64,000 bases of DNA, taken from the NCBI GenBank assembly GCA_964637135.1, contig CAZWTX010000003.1, positions 1 through 64,000 of the forward strand, given 5' to 3'. The position numbers were made by a program, and so were the translations under genes. This stretch comes from an uncultured Methanospirillum sp. (GTDB lineage: Archaea; Halobacteriota; Methanomicrobia; Methanomicrobiales; Methanospirillaceae). This document shows positions 10,914 to 21,643 of the stretch, one piece after another. The notes under the pieces are model-generated. The model was not told where the DNA came from, did no database searches, and saw only the letters and a list, made by a program, of their open reading frames with translations. Each line of letters opens with the position of its first letter. Positions within the stretch are counted from its first letter, which is position 1.

Positions 10914-11813
10914 ATGGCTGAAGATCAATACCGGGAGACTGAGGTTGACGGATCCATTGTCAAGTGGGATCCGGGGCAGATGCGAAAGATACAGGAACAT
11001 CCCTGTTACAGTGAAGAAGCAAGTCATACCTTTGGCAGGGCCCACCTGGCTGTGGCACCAAAATGCAATATCCAGTGCAATTACTGTGTCAGGAAATTCG
11101 ACTGCGTGAACGAGAGCCGGCCGGGTGTTACCAGCGAAATTCTCACCCCTGAAAATGCAGTAAAAAAAGTTGCAGAAATTATCGATAAATATCCCTACAT
11201 CAAAGTAGTAGGAATCGCCGGTCCGGGCGATCCCCTTGACAACGATGAGACTTTCGAAACACTCCGCCTGATCCACGAAAATTTTCCCCACCTTATCCTC
11301 TGTCTCTCCACCAACGGCCTCCTCCTTCCCGAGTCAATCGATCGTCTCCATGCATTCGGAGTGACCAATCTCACGGTCACGATGAATGCCCTGACACCGG
11401 ATGTTGCCGAGAAGATATACCAATATATTGACTACAAGGGGAAACGCTACTATTCCGGACGGGAAATGGGAGAACTATTGATTTCCCAACAGCTAAAAGG
11501 AATTGCAATGGCTATCGAACGAAAAATGCTCGTGAAAGTGAACTCCGTGTATATCCCGGGTATTAATGACGACCAGATCGTCGAGATCGCGAAGAAGATC
11601 AGCAGCATGGGAGTATACATTCATAATATCATTCCCCTGATCGCCCAGGCCAAGTTTGCCCATATTACTCCCCCGACCATGGAGGAAAAACTGGCAATGC
11701 AGGAAAAATGTAAACCTTTCGTAAAGCAGATGTCTCACTGCCAGCGGTGCCGTGCCGATGCAATCGGATGCCTGGGCAAGGATGTCAACTCCTGCATGGG
11801 TAAGAAGGCCTAA
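10914..11813 (+). CDS. nifB: Stand-alone NifB-like radical SAM protein
   Basis: HPCY, CNIQCNYC, ESRPGV, AGPGDPL and CQRCRADA motifs; no NifX domain. Confidence 0.9.
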   Translation: MAEDQYRETEVDGSIVKWDPGQMRKIQEHPCYSEEASHTFGRAHLAVAPKCNIQCNYCVRKFDCVNESRPGVTSEILTPENAVKKVAEIIDKYPYIKVVGIAGPGDPLDNDETFETLRLIHENFPHLILCLSTNGLLLPESIDRLHAFGVTNLTVTMNALTPDVAEKIYQYIDYKGKRYYSGREMGELLISQQLKGIAMAIERKMLVKVNSVYIPGINDDQIVEIAKKISSMGVYIHNIIPLIAQAKFAHITPPTMEEKLAMQEKCKPFVKQMSHCQRCRADAIGCLGKDVNSCMGKKA

Positions 11814-11878
11814 CCCATATCCTTTTTAAACCCCCCGCCCAAATACCACAACACGAACATCTCCTTCCTGAGGGCAGT

Positions 11879-13234
11879 ATGTGGAGATTCCTCATATTCA
11901 CGGTATTTCTTCTGGTCATCTTCCATCCAGCCAGTGCCCTTGAATCTACGGCGAATAATATCAGTGTTGATGATTTAATATCCGAAAATGACTTTGTTCT
12001 CAGCCAGGAACCGGGGAATGCAACCGCATGGCAATTCCGGGCCCTTATCATGTATAATGCCGGAAGATATCCCGAGGCTATCAATGCTTCTGAACAGTGT
12101 ATCTCCCTGGATCCGAAGAACGGATTTGCCTGGCATATCATAGGTAACTCTTGGGGTAACCTTGGTGATACCAAAAAGGCTGTTGATGCCTTTAAAACAG
12201 CGGTCTCCCTGAACCCAGAAGATCCGGCAGAATACAATGTACAGGGGGTTGCACTCTCGCGGGATGGGAATTATCCGGCAGCTGTCGAGTCATTCAACTA
12301 CGCCCTGAAACTGGACCCCGGGTACCCTGCTGCATGGAATAATCTCGGCGTGACATATTTCGGAATGGGCAATGATGACAAGGCAATAGAGGCAATCTCA
12401 AAATCCATCTCATATACCCAAAACGAACCGGTTTTTTATGCCAACAAGGGATTTATCCTTCTGAACAAGGGAAATACCGGTGAAGCACTGTCGAGCGGAA
12501 AACAGGCAAAACAACTGGATATGACCTGTATTCCTGCCTGGTTTGTCCTCGGGGAAGCCTATTTTGCCGATAAAAAATGGAATGATGCATACTATTCCTA
12601 TGACGGGGGCTTTTCAACGACAGAAGAAAGCCAGACCTGGTATTACGAGGGAGGAAGAAACCTTCATATCTCAAAGGAGATGCAGCCGGTGGACGCGTAC
12701 TACCAGTCAATAGCAGAAAATGTCAGGTTTACCGGTCTGTGGGACAGAACCCGGGTTGTTGAGTACAAAATCCGTAGGTATGCAAAAACGATTGAATCCT
12801 ATGACCAGATGATGGCAATTAATCCCGATTTCGGGAAAGCGTGGAAAAACAAGGGGTACTGTGCTCTGCAGCTGGGAAAATTTGAACAGGCGAAAGAAGC
12901 ATATACACAGGCAATGTCGTTTTACCCCGATGACACTGATATAATGGCTTCGTATGGTTATGCAACGGCAAAAACAGGAGACTATCTTACCGGGATGAAT
13001 GCTATCAAGAAATCACTTGAAAAAGAGCCGTCGTTTGGCAGGGGGTACTTCTTCAAGGCCGGCATTCATGACATGTACGGAGAGAAAACCGAGGCCAGGG
13101 AAGCATACGAGAAAGCCCTTTCCATTGACCCGGGGAACTCCCAGATCCATTCGTCATTTGCAGATTTTCTCAGGAAAACAGGAGACTGGCTGGGATTTTT
13201 CATCCATTTCATCAGGGGTTCATTTGGAATCTGA
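11879..13234 (+). CDS. Secreted TPR-repeat protein
   Basis: Signal peptide followed by many AWxxxG...A...ALxxdP repeats. Confidence 0.88.
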   Translation: MWRFLIFTVFLLVIFHPASALESTANNISVDDLISENDFVLSQEPGNATAWQFRALIMYNAGRYPEAINASEQCISLDPKNGFAWHIIGNSWGNLGDTKKAVDAFKTAVSLNPEDPAEYNVQGVALSRDGNYPAAVESFNYALKLDPGYPAAWNNLGVTYFGMGNDDKAIEAISKSISYTQNEPVFYANKGFILLNKGNTGEALSSGKQAKQLDMTCIPAWFVLGEAYFADKKWNDAYYSYDGGFSTTEESQTWYYEGGRNLHISKEMQPVDAYYQSIAENVRFTGLWDRTRVVEYKIRRYAKTIESYDQMMAINPDFGKAWKNKGYCALQLGKFEQAKEAYTQAMSFYPDDTDIMASYGYATAKTGDYLTGMNAIKKSLEKEPSFGRGYFFKAGIHDMYGEKTEAREAYEKALSIDPGNSQIHSSFADFLRKTGDWLGFFIHFIRGSFGI

Positions 13235-13238
13235 CCGG

Positions 13239-13556
13239 TCATTCATGGTACTGGCCAAGATCAGGTTCTGCAATACCGAGGTTTTTATCCGTTGCAAGGA
13301 GTAATCTGCCGAGTATTTTTTTCACATCGGCATACATTTCGACATCCATCGGCCCTCCGGCCTGATGCCACATTACCTTCTGTCTGAGAAGTTGAACCAG
13401 TTCTTCAACCTCTGTTCCCTTAAACCGGTCAGGAATGACCAGTTCGGTGAGGTAATCCTGTGCCCCATACCATGCACGTTCAGGTGGGTTGGAAAATTTC
13501 GAATACAGGTAACAGAGATTGATGATAAAGCCCCGGCCGAACCTGCTTGAAACCAT
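13239..13556 (-). CDS. Hypothetical protein
   Basis: 105-aa ORF with protein-like composition, co-oriented with the upstream reductase and filling the gap. Confidence 0.7.
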   Translation of the reverse strand: MVSSRFGRGFIINLCYLYSKFSNPPERAWYGAQDYLTELVIPDRFKGTEVEELVQLLRQKVMWHQAGGPMDVEMYADVKKILGRLLLATDKNLGIAEPDLGQYHE

Positions 13557-13577
13557 ACCCTCTTTTTAGATGCAGAA

Positions 13578-14750
13578 TTATAGGTACCTTTTCCTATCCC
13601 GCATACTCCTCATCCATGCCTGAACAAGAATGCCCGCCGCCGGAATCATACGCGGATGGATCATCAGGGCAGTTGCCAGGGAGAGAGGCCGGTCCATATC
13701 ACCTTTGCGGGTTATCAGATCTCTGATGGCAGGATGACTCATCGTTCCAAGAAGATGTTCCATCTGCGAGGACGAGATAGTTCTCCGTACCCTGAGCATA
13801 TGCATACCGGCGGCAAGTTCCCTGCCGAAATCAGACTGCCATCGATCCTGGTACGTGGAGAGAAACCCGGGATCAGTACGTCCGGTCTCACAGGAATCTA
13901 CTGCAACGGATGCAGCATGACGGGCCGACCTGACACCGGTATACACTCCCCCGCCGGAGGTTGGTTTTGCCAAGGCAGCAGCATCTCCCACAACCATGAG
14001 ACCCTCGGTGTAGGTTTTACCAGGAGGGCCAAGCGGGATGGTTCCGGCACTGAACTGAACGCGATCCCGTGAGAACGAATGGACGAACCGGTCAAAAAGG
14101 TGTTGGACACCGGTGATTCCACACAATCCCACCCGGGCACGACCGTTTTGCAGGGGAATGATCCAACCGAAGAAATCGGGTGATGCATTCGGGTAGATCG
14201 TTACCGCATCCCGTTCAGTCTCGTACGGGATGTCACACTGGAGACCTGACAAATAAATTCTGGCCCGGGAAAGCCCGGCCTGGCGTGAAAGGGTGGACCT
14301 CGGCCCGTCTGCCGCGATAAGGACTGTGTACCGGATATCCTCATGGCCCCGGATACCACGTGTGACAAGCTGATGATCCCTCACGGAAACGGACGCTGCT
14401 CGGGTCTTCAGTCTGAGATCGGCACCTGCATCAACGGCAGTATGACAGAGTTCGCGGTCCAGCATGGCGCGATCCACCACGTATGCCATGACACGATCTG
14501 CATGGAAAGAAAAATCGGCAGTCCCGGCCCGTAATCGTGCACCGGTGACAGTGTTCAGAACGGGTGCATCAGAGACCCGGCATTCGGCAAAAGCAGATGC
14601 AGAGAGAAGTCCGGCACACTGAACCGGATGGCCGGTATGTGCCTGTTCTTCAAGGAGAAGCGTTTTCAGTCCTGACCTGGCACATTCAGCTGCTGCTGCC
14701 GAACCGGCCGGCCCGGCACCGGCAACCACCACATCATACCGTTCAGGCAT
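13578..14750 (-). CDS. Geranylgeranyl reductase family FAD oxidoreductase
   Basis: DVVVAGAGPAGS, CAGL, AADG, FGWIIP and GDAAALAKPTSGGG motifs; start taken at MPERYD. Confidence 0.9.
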   Translation of the reverse strand: MPERYDVVVAGAGPAGSAAAAECARSGLKTLLLEEQAHTGHPVQCAGLLSASAFAECRVSDAPVLNTVTGARLRAGTADFSFHADRVMAYVVDRAMLDRELCHTAVDAGADLRLKTRAASVSVRDHQLVTRGIRGHEDIRYTVLIAADGPRSTLSRQAGLSRARIYLSGLQCDIPYETERDAVTIYPNASPDFFGWIIPLQNGRARVGLCGITGVQHLFDRFVHSFSRDRVQFSAGTIPLGPPGKTYTEGLMVVGDAAALAKPTSGGGVYTGVRSARHAASVAVDSCETGRTDPGFLSTYQDRWQSDFGRELAAGMHMLRVRRTISSSQMEHLLGTMSHPAIRDLITRKGDMDRPLSLATALMIHPRMIPAAGILVQAWMRSMRDRKRYL

Positions 14751-14830
14751 TCTCTCCAGTATGTGTCTTCGCAGGAATTCAACTCTCCTGCCCGCACCTA
14801 TTTCATATCTCACGGCAAAGGACTGTGGCT

Positions 14831-15193
14831 ATGGGGAGAGAACAGGAGTTCAGATGGAAACAATGCATCGTTATTCGTAACGATATCAAAATGAGCTGCG
14901 GGAAAAAGTGTGCCCAGGCAGGGCATGCCGCCATCGGAGCATATGACAAGAGCGACGCAACGGCAAAAAAGGCATGGTTCAGTGAAGGCCAGAAAAAAGT
15001 CGTCCTGAAAGCACCAGACGAGAGAACCCTCTTTGAGCTGAAGGTTCTTGCAGAACGGGCCGGTATTTCAGCCGTGCTGATTCAGGATGCCGGCATGACT
15101 GAGATTCCCCCGGGAACGATAACCGCACTCGGGATGGGACCGGCAAAAACTGAGGAACTTGACAAGATCACCGGAAATCTTCCCCTCCTATGA
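14831..15193 (+). CDS. pth: Peptidyl-tRNA hydrolase Pth2
   Basis: MSCGKKCAQAGHA, GQKKVVLK and DAGMTEIPPGT motifs. Confidence 0.95.
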   Translation: MGREQEFRWKQCIVIRNDIKMSCGKKCAQAGHAAIGAYDKSDATAKKAWFSEGQKKVVLKAPDERTLFELKVLAERAGISAVLIQDAGMTEIPPGTITALGMGPAKTEELDKITGNLPLL

Positions 15194-16458
15194 TAAAAAG
15201 CCCATACGAACTCGACCAGCGCCTTGGCCTTGATTATTACCTGACCGACCATCCGGGGACCGGTGGCACCCTCCGGCGGGAACCTGAGGACTTCCGCGTC
15301 GAGGAGAACGCAAATCATCCGGAGGGTACCGGGAAATATCTCCTTTGCAGGCTTATTAAAAAAAACTGGGACCAGCAACGAGCCGTAAAAGAGATCGCCA
15401 ACCGGCTCGGGATCAGTCATCAGCGGATCACCTTTGCCGGAACCAAAGACAAACGGGCAGTCACTACCCAGTATATCTCGGTTTTTCAAGGAGATCCTGA
15501 TCGGATCAGACAACTCCATGTTCCTGACATGAGTATTGAACCGCTGTATCTGATCGATCAGCCGCTTCATCTTGGATCCCTGACCGGAAACAGGTTTCAT
15601 ATCACGATCAGGGATGCTGATACCTCATTCCTCCGAACAGATCCGGATTCATATCCTGCAGTATTTGAAAATGGGATCCCAAATTACTACGGGTACCAGC
15701 GCTTCGGGGTTAAACGACCGGTTACCCACATTATCGGTCTTTCATTACTGAAAGGGGATTTTGAGCAGGCAGTTATGGATATCGTCGGAATGTGCGGGGA
15801 TGAAACCGAACCGATGGAAGAAGAGGGACGAACATGCTACCGGAATTCCGGTGATGCAAAAGAGGCACTCCATCTTCTGCCGGTCAGGTTATCACTCGAA
15901 CGCTCACTCCTCCATTATCTTATCGAACACCCTGAAGATTACCATGGGGCAATCCTTTCCCTCCCGAGGACACTCCGTTCCATGTATGTCAGTGCGGTTC
16001 AGTCCTGGTTCTTCAACCGGACACTGAGCCGGAGACTATCTGATAACCGTTCCCTTTTCATCCCTGAACCCGGTGACCGGCTCCTGTATCCAGACGGGAA
16101 ACACGATATCGTAACCGAACGGACGATAAAACCGGCAACTATGCAGATAACGCGAGGGCGATGTGAAATTGCAATCCTGATGCCCGGATCAGATCTTAAG
16201 CCCGGAAACGGACCGGACGATCGGTGTATGAAAGAGCTCTTCGATGAACAGGAGATTTCACCGGAGATGTTCGGTACCATCGGATCCTTCCTCCAGATGC
16301 AGTTTGCTGGCGCCTTAAGAGCGGTGGCCATGAAGACAACCGTGGAAATCACCATGAGCGGCGATGATCCGATTCTCTCTTTCGGTCTTAACCCCGGACA
16401 ATATGCAACTACCATCCTCCGGGAGATTATGAAAGCGGATCCGCGGAAGATGGCTTAA
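15190..16458 (+). CDS. truD: tRNA pseudouridine(13) synthase
   Basis: EDFRVEE, AGTKDKRAVT, GNRF, PNYYGYQRFG and GQYAT motifs. Confidence 0.96.
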   Translation: MIKSPYELDQRLGLDYYLTDHPGTGGTLRREPEDFRVEENANHPEGTGKYLLCRLIKKNWDQQRAVKEIANRLGISHQRITFAGTKDKRAVTTQYISVFQGDPDRIRQLHVPDMSIEPLYLIDQPLHLGSLTGNRFHITIRDADTSFLRTDPDSYPAVFENGIPNYYGYQRFGVKRPVTHIIGLSLLKGDFEQAVMDIVGMCGDETEPMEEEGRTCYRNSGDAKEALHLLPVRLSLERSLLHYLIEHPEDYHGAILSLPRTLRSMYVSAVQSWFFNRTLSRRLSDNRSLFIPEPGDRLLYPDGKHDIVTERTIKPATMQITRGRCEIAILMPGSDLKPGNGPDDRCMKELFDEQEISPEMFGTIGSFLQMQFAGALRAVAMKTTVEITMSGDDPILSFGLNPGQYATTILREIMKADPRKMA

Positions 16459-17141
16459 TGCTGAACCGGAAGCACCTGGTACTCGGTGATGAGGTTCTCT
16501 CCTGCACAATAATGTCGTTTCAGTACGACCCTGACGAGATCGCCGACACTTGCCGGATTCAGCCCGGAGACAAGGGAGGGAGTGTCGGCACCACCTGCAA
16601 TGAACGGAAGGTGGATCAGCACGATCCGATCGATCAGTTCTGATCTGAACATGCTTCCATTCAGGGAAGAACCACCCTCTATCATCAGGGTCCGTATCCC
16701 GTGACTAACATATAACCGGTTCATCAGCTGAGGGAGATCCACGGTATCCTCACCGCAAATTTCTATTATTGCCCCGTTCTCACGGAGAGCCTGAAGCCGG
16801 GTATCATCGGCCTGGCTGGTAACGGCAATAATGGTCCTGGCATCCGGCGAGAATACATGTGCATCAGGAGATATCTCGCCCCGGGTTGAAGGGATTACCC
16901 TGACCGGATTTTTCCCCTCGACATGTCTCACCGTGAGGTATGAATTATCGATCCGGATGGTATTTGCACCGACCATGATCGCATCTGATTCTGCTCGTAT
17001 TGTATGGAGGAGGACCTCTGCTTCGTGGGACATGAACTCCATGAGCAACTTCGAGGAAGCTCCCCGGGTGACCGTTAATTTACCATCCACGGTCACTTCT
17101 GAAACAAGAGTGATATATGGCCGGGAGAGCATGCCTGACAT
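16455..17141 (-). CDS. RibD C-terminal reductase family (pyrimidinone 5'-phosphate reductase-like)
   Basis: TVDGKL, DAIMVGANT and LMIEGGS motifs. Confidence 0.85.
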   Translation of the reverse strand: MSGMLSRPYITLVSEVTVDGKLTVTRGASSKLLMEFMSHEAEVLLHTIRAESDAIMVGANTIRIDNSYLTVRHVEGKNPVRVIPSTRGEISPDAHVFSPDARTIIAVTSQADDTRLQALRENGAIIEICGEDTVDLPQLMNRLYVSHGIRTLMIEGGSSLNGSMFRSELIDRIVLIHLPFIAGGADTPSLVSGLNPASVGDLVRVVLKRHYCAGENLITEYQVLPVQH

Positions 17142-17220
17142 ATATACTCATTATGTGGATGAAATCAATTATACATGGCGTTCATCTCCCTGTAGATCCA
17201 AACATGCATACTGTTTCATA

Positions 17221-17568
17221 ATGACAAAAGAACGGGACCAACTGAAGGGACAGCCATTTTCTCCCCGTGGCCATGTTTCGTACCAGGAGGGAAGTATCGT
17301 AAGCAGGATGATTACCTATACCAGACAGGGAACGATCACGATATTTGCCTTTGATAGCGGGACCGGTCTATCCGAGCATACCGCCCCATACGATGCAGTC
17401 ATTGAGATTATCGAGGGGACAGCTGACATTACCCTTGAAGGAATGACCCATACAGTACATGAGGATGAGATGATCATCCTTCCCGCAGACATTCCACACG
17501 CGGTTCATGCTCCTGAACGGTTCAAGATGATCCTTACGATGATCCATGCAACCCAGCAGGATCCATGA
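17221..17568 (+). CDS. Cupin domain protein
   Basis: GSIVSR, LSEHTAP and PADIPHAV motifs; ATG at 17221. Confidence 0.88.
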   Translation: MTKERDQLKGQPFSPRGHVSYQEGSIVSRMITYTRQGTITIFAFDSGTGLSEHTAPYDAVIEIIEGTADITLEGMTHTVHEDEMIILPADIPHAVHAPERFKMILTMIHATQQDP

Positions 17569-17615
17569 GTATCGGCAGGAATATCTTCGATCATGGTCTA
17601 CGGTACTTTTAACAG

Positions 17616-18248
17616 ATGAATATTACCGCGTACCGGTACCGGTTCATCAGGTATCTTGAGCCGGTATCCTCCCTTTTCATCAGGGCAGGAATAACGCCGA
17701 ATATCATTACCGTCTCTTCGGTCATCGCAGGGTGTCTCTGTGCCCTGTTGTACCTGAAACACGAGTACATCGCCGGATCCCTGCTTCTGTTCCTTTCCGC
17801 AGTGCTAGATCTCGTTGATGGTACAGTCGCCAGAAAAACCGGTCATGAAAGTCCTTTCGGGGCAGTTTTTGACTGGATTGCAGATAAATACGTTGATGCA
17901 ATTGTACTTGCCGGTGCCGGTCTTTCAGTCCTTCCCATCCTGTCCGGTATTCTCCCGGTTCCCTCCCTCCTGGACCAGATTATCGTGATTGCAGCGATAA
18001 CCGGTTCATTGATGAATACGTTCATAAAACCAGTGACATATGCAGAGATAGGGTACCAGGAACGGGTGGATGGAAAGATAGATGATCCCCTTGAAGGGAT
18101 CGGTTTTTTTGGCAGGCCGGAGACCCTGATCATCCTGGGAATCGGTGGCCTTGTCGGTTATATCGGTATTGCGATTATTGTTATCGCAGTCTGTACAAAC
18201 CTCTCAGCCCTGCAGCGGATCATCTACCTCTACCGATCATTTTCCTAA
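17616..18248 (+). CDS. CDP-alcohol phosphatidyltransferase family (archaeal lipid head-group synthase)
   Basis: TPN and DLVDGTVARK...GAVFDWIAD signature. Confidence 0.92.
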   Translation: MNITAYRYRFIRYLEPVSSLFIRAGITPNIITVSSVIAGCLCALLYLKHEYIAGSLLLFLSAVLDLVDGTVARKTGHESPFGAVFDWIADKYVDAIVLAGAGLSVLPILSGILPVPSLLDQIIVIAAITGSLMNTFIKPVTYAEIGYQERVDGKIDDPLEGIGFFGRPETLIILGIGGLVGYIGIAIIVIAVCTNLSALQRIIYLYRSFS

Positions 18249-19029
18249 CCTCATCCTCATAGAGGTCGACCAGCCTGACGGCAAAATCGCCAAGAGCAGG
18301 GATCATTCGGAAGAGGGCGTATGCAATCCCAATCAGCAGGACGAGTGCAAGTCCTTCCGCGGCGATATTGTGAGCCCAGAAAAAACTTGAATACCCGATC
18401 TCGGTGCTCCCCGAGATATCAGGAAAGGATGAGAACCACTGGTCAGTATAGGCAACGATCACCCCGGCATTCCTGAACAGGTTCAGGATATAGATTGTCG
18501 GTGCGACCAGGAGAAAGGCTCCGATCTTCTGACGCATTGTTGTCGGTACCGCTGATGCAACCCCGAGCATGATAGCAATTGCCTGGATACCGGTACACGC
18601 TAAAATGATCTCTACCCTGAACATGCTTCTCTGAAGGGTGCTCCAGAGAACAAGGTCTGCATGATACCCGAGAAGATCCAACAGCCAGGCCGTCTGGGAA
18701 ACCACGAGCGAGATCAGGAGATCTCCCACCGGTGCAATAAACGCAAACGGGGCATAGATAATCCAGGCAACGGCAGCAGCACGGGTCAGCTGCATCACTT
18801 CAGGAACATTCCCGTGGATCAGGCGAAGCGTGATGATCAGGAAAGGTATGGAAAGAACGGCCATTACCGGGTACAGGATATTGCTCTCTTCAATCCATGC
18901 CGGGACGCCGGCGAGGAATACGATGATCATTGTTATCCAGGCAACTGCGGCAGTATAACGACGATACGCCCCGGATACTTGTGATATCAGGAAGAAAATA
19001 CAGGAAAGGGCGATGAGATACTCGAGCAT
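18220..19029 (-). CDS. artA: Archaeosortase A
   Basis: IILACTGIQ (catalytic Cys), LNLFRN and SFFWAHN motifs; multi-TM. Confidence 0.92.
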   Translation of the reverse strand: MLEYLIALSCIFFLISQVSGAYRRYTAAVAWITMIIVFLAGVPAWIEESNILYPVMAVLSIPFLIITLRLIHGNVPEVMQLTRAAAVAWIIYAPFAFIAPVGDLLISLVVSQTAWLLDLLGYHADLVLWSTLQRSMFRVEIILACTGIQAIAIMLGVASAVPTTMRQKIGAFLLVAPTIYILNLFRNAGVIVAYTDQWFSSFPDISGSTEIGYSSFFWAHNIAAEGLALVLLIGIAYALFRMIPALGDFAVRLVDLYEDEVRKMIGRGR

Positions 19030-19185
19030 CTCCAGAGATGTTGCCCGGACGGGGTCATAATGGTGCGTGCATGGGTAATCACGAGGAAAGATATCCCTCC
19101 TCCATCAGCGGCCAATCGGATGATTCATGTTGATCAGACCATCCCCGTGAATGGTTAAATGGGATTGAACCAGAAAAATATTATC

Positions 19186-19497
19186 ATGTTCTGTGAGCGG
19201 TGTGGCAAGTTACTCAAAAATCAGGGAGGGAATTTTGTTTGTACAAGTTGTGGGTGGTCAAAAAGTGATGTGGCACGGTCTCAGCTGACGAAGGTTGACA
19301 AACGCACTGAGAAAGAAATTGTCATCGTGGATGATACCGAGAAAATCCAGACACTCCCGACCATTGCGGTTAAATGCCCCGAATGTGGCCACAACGAGGC
19401 AGGATGGTGGCTCAGGCAACTGCGTTCTGCTGATGAAAGTGAAGTCAGGTTCTTCAGGTGTACCAAGTGCAACCACACCTGGCGCGAATACGATTAA
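19186..19497 (+). CDS. tfs: Transcription factor S
   Basis: Two Zn ribbons; QLRSADE acidic hairpin. Confidence 0.95.
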   Translation: MFCERCGKLLKNQGGNFVCTSCGWSKSDVARSQLTKVDKRTEKEIVIVDDTEKIQTLPTIAVKCPECGHNEAGWWLRQLRSADESEVRFFRCTKCNHTWREYD

Positions 19498-19576
19498 CCA
19501 ATAAAAATACCACCATTTTTTTAGATTTCAGGCAGTTTCAGCCAAAAAATACAAGATAACCGGTAAAAACAGGGGA

Positions 19577-21643
19577 TCAGTAGACGCCCTGCGCCTTTAC
19601 ACGGAAGATCTGCCAGAGAAGCCGGCCGACTACCCTGAACGTCATGTCAAGTTCCTCGAAATTTGGAATGTTATGGGCATGGAGGATCTTGCGGCCCCGT
19701 TCCATGGAAGCACCACCGAGAAGAGTGGGGATAATCCGCTTGTCGGTTGACCGGGAGAACTTGAGAATCTGGTTCGCCAGCTGTTCTGAGTTTAAGATAT
19801 TGTTCGGGAACCCGATGATAAAGCACATGTCCCAGAGCGCATCGTTCTTGGCAAGTACCTCAAAGGTCCTCTCAAACCGTTGTTCGGTCGCATCACCGAG
19901 GAGGTCGATTGGATTGCCACGGTTCCAGAACTCAGGAAGAAATTCATCAAATTCCTTCACGAGGTAATCAGGGAGATCGATGAGCTTGACCCCGTACCGT
20001 TCTGAATAATCAGACGAGAGAACAGCAAACCCTCCGGCATTCGTAACTACAATGGCACGCCGTCCCTTCGGGTACCGCTTCGGGTGAGAGAGCATCTCGG
20101 CTGCAAGGAATGCCCCTGACAGGGTATGAACCACGAGCACACCTGATTTTCTGAATGCTTCCATGTACACATCATACGAACCGGAGAGAGAACCCGTGTG
20201 TGATGCAGCTGCAGCCTGTCCCCGAGCCGAAGAACCGGCTTTCAGGGCGACCACCGGCTTATGCCGGGTGACTTCGCTCACCACTTCCATGAAAGCCTTT
20301 CCATTCTTGATCTGCTCGATGTACATGATGATAACGTTCGTATTAGGATCGGCTGCGGCAGCCCGAAGGTAGTCAAAGAAGTTCAGATCAGACTGGTTTC
20401 CGACCGAAACGACCATTGAAAATCCGACATCCTTGGTCAGGGACCAGTCAACCACAGTGTTCACAATGGCACCGCTCTGGGAGATAAAGGCAATCTCACC
20501 AGGATTCGGAGACTGAGCAACGTACGTCGTATCAAGACCTATCGGGGGGATGATCAGACCAAGACAGTTTGGACCGACGATCCTGGTTCCGTACCGGTGG
20601 GCAATCTCAACGATCCGGTCTTCAAGGTGATGTCCTTCCTCGCTCATCTCCTTGAACCCGGCGGTGATGACGACTGCGATTTTTACCCCTTTCTTTCCGC
20701 ATTCCTCCATGACGCCGGGAACGTGGCGTGCCGGAACGGTAATAACCGCGAGATCCACGCTCTCTTCAGGTACATCAAGGATACTGGGAAATGCCGGGAG
20801 TCCCTGGATGGTATCACGTTTATTATTAATCGGGAACAGTTTTCCGGGGAAATGAAGGAGGTTATGCATGACCGCATAACCCATTTTGTTCGTATCGTCC
20901 GAGGCACCGATTACCGCAACGGTCTTTGGTCTGAAGTAATCGATCGGAACCTCATCACGCTCGTCAGAAGAGAGGGTCATGATGCTGTCGCTGAAGATGA
21001 TCCTCGCGTCTACGGCACATGCCCCTGAATCATACAGCCGAATCGGGTTAATATCAAACTCAGAGAGATCCTTTTGTTCCTCGAACATCTTGCAGACATT
21101 CTTGATGATCTGGATAAGACATTCGATGTCCTTCGGTTTGGATCCGCGATACCCGGTAAGAAGCGGATATGAATGGATTTCAGTCACCATCTGCCTGATG
21201 TTCTCTTCCTCGACCGGAAGAATCCGGAGCGTAACGTCCTTCATCAGTTCGACGAGAGTTCCTCCGATACCAAAGGTGATAACTTTCCCAAAGGTTGGAT
21301 CTGTCTTTCCCCCGATGATCAACTCGAGACCGGGTGCAGCCTGGTTCTCAACAATAACCCCGTTGATCTCGGCATCAGAATCATATGCACGGGCATTGGC
21401 GACGATCTGGTTAAATGCTGACTGTGCAGCCTCCTTGGTTCCTATTCCGACCATAACCCCGCCGGCATCACTCTTATGAACAATCTGGGGGGAAATGATC
21501 TTCATGACGACCGGAAACCCGATTGCTTCTGCAGCGGCTCCTGCATCCTCTGCACGGTTGACAATCCGGTACTTCGGGGTCGGGATCCCATACTTGGAGA
21601 GGAGATCGTACCCCTCATGCTCACTCAACATTTTTTCGGTCAT
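19577..21643 (-). CDS. ADP-forming acetate/acyl-CoA ligase, beta-alpha fusion
   Basis: N-terminal ATP-grasp (HKSDAGGV, DINP); CoA-binding GPNCLG, SQSGA and ASHTGSL motifs. Confidence 0.93.
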   Translation of the reverse strand: MTEKMLSEHEGYDLLSKYGIPTPKYRIVNRAEDAGAAAEAIGFPVVMKIISPQIVHKSDAGGVMVGIGTKEAAQSAFNQIVANARAYDSDAEINGVIVENQAAPGLELIIGGKTDPTFGKVITFGIGGTLVELMKDVTLRILPVEEENIRQMVTEIHSYPLLTGYRGSKPKDIECLIQIIKNVCKMFEEQKDLSEFDINPIRLYDSGACAVDARIIFSDSIMTLSSDERDEVPIDYFRPKTVAVIGASDDTNKMGYAVMHNLLHFPGKLFPINNKRDTIQGLPAFPSILDVPEESVDLAVITVPARHVPGVMEECGKKGVKIAVVITAGFKEMSEEGHHLEDRIVEIAHRYGTRIVGPNCLGLIIPPIGLDTTYVAQSPNPGEIAFISQSGAIVNTVVDWSLTKDVGFSMVVSVGNQSDLNFFDYLRAAAADPNTNVIIMYIEQIKNGKAFMEVVSEVTRHKPVVALKAGSSARGQAAAASHTGSLSGSYDVYMEAFRKSGVLVVHTLSGAFLAAEMLSHPKRYPKGRRAIVVTNAGGFAVLSSDYSERYGVKLIDLPDYLVKEFDEFLPEFWNRGNPIDLLGDATEQRFERTFEVLAKNDALWDMCFIIGFPNNILNSEQLANQILKFSRSTDKRIIPTLLGGASMERGRKILHAHNIPNFEELDMTFRVVGRLLWQIFRVKAQGVY

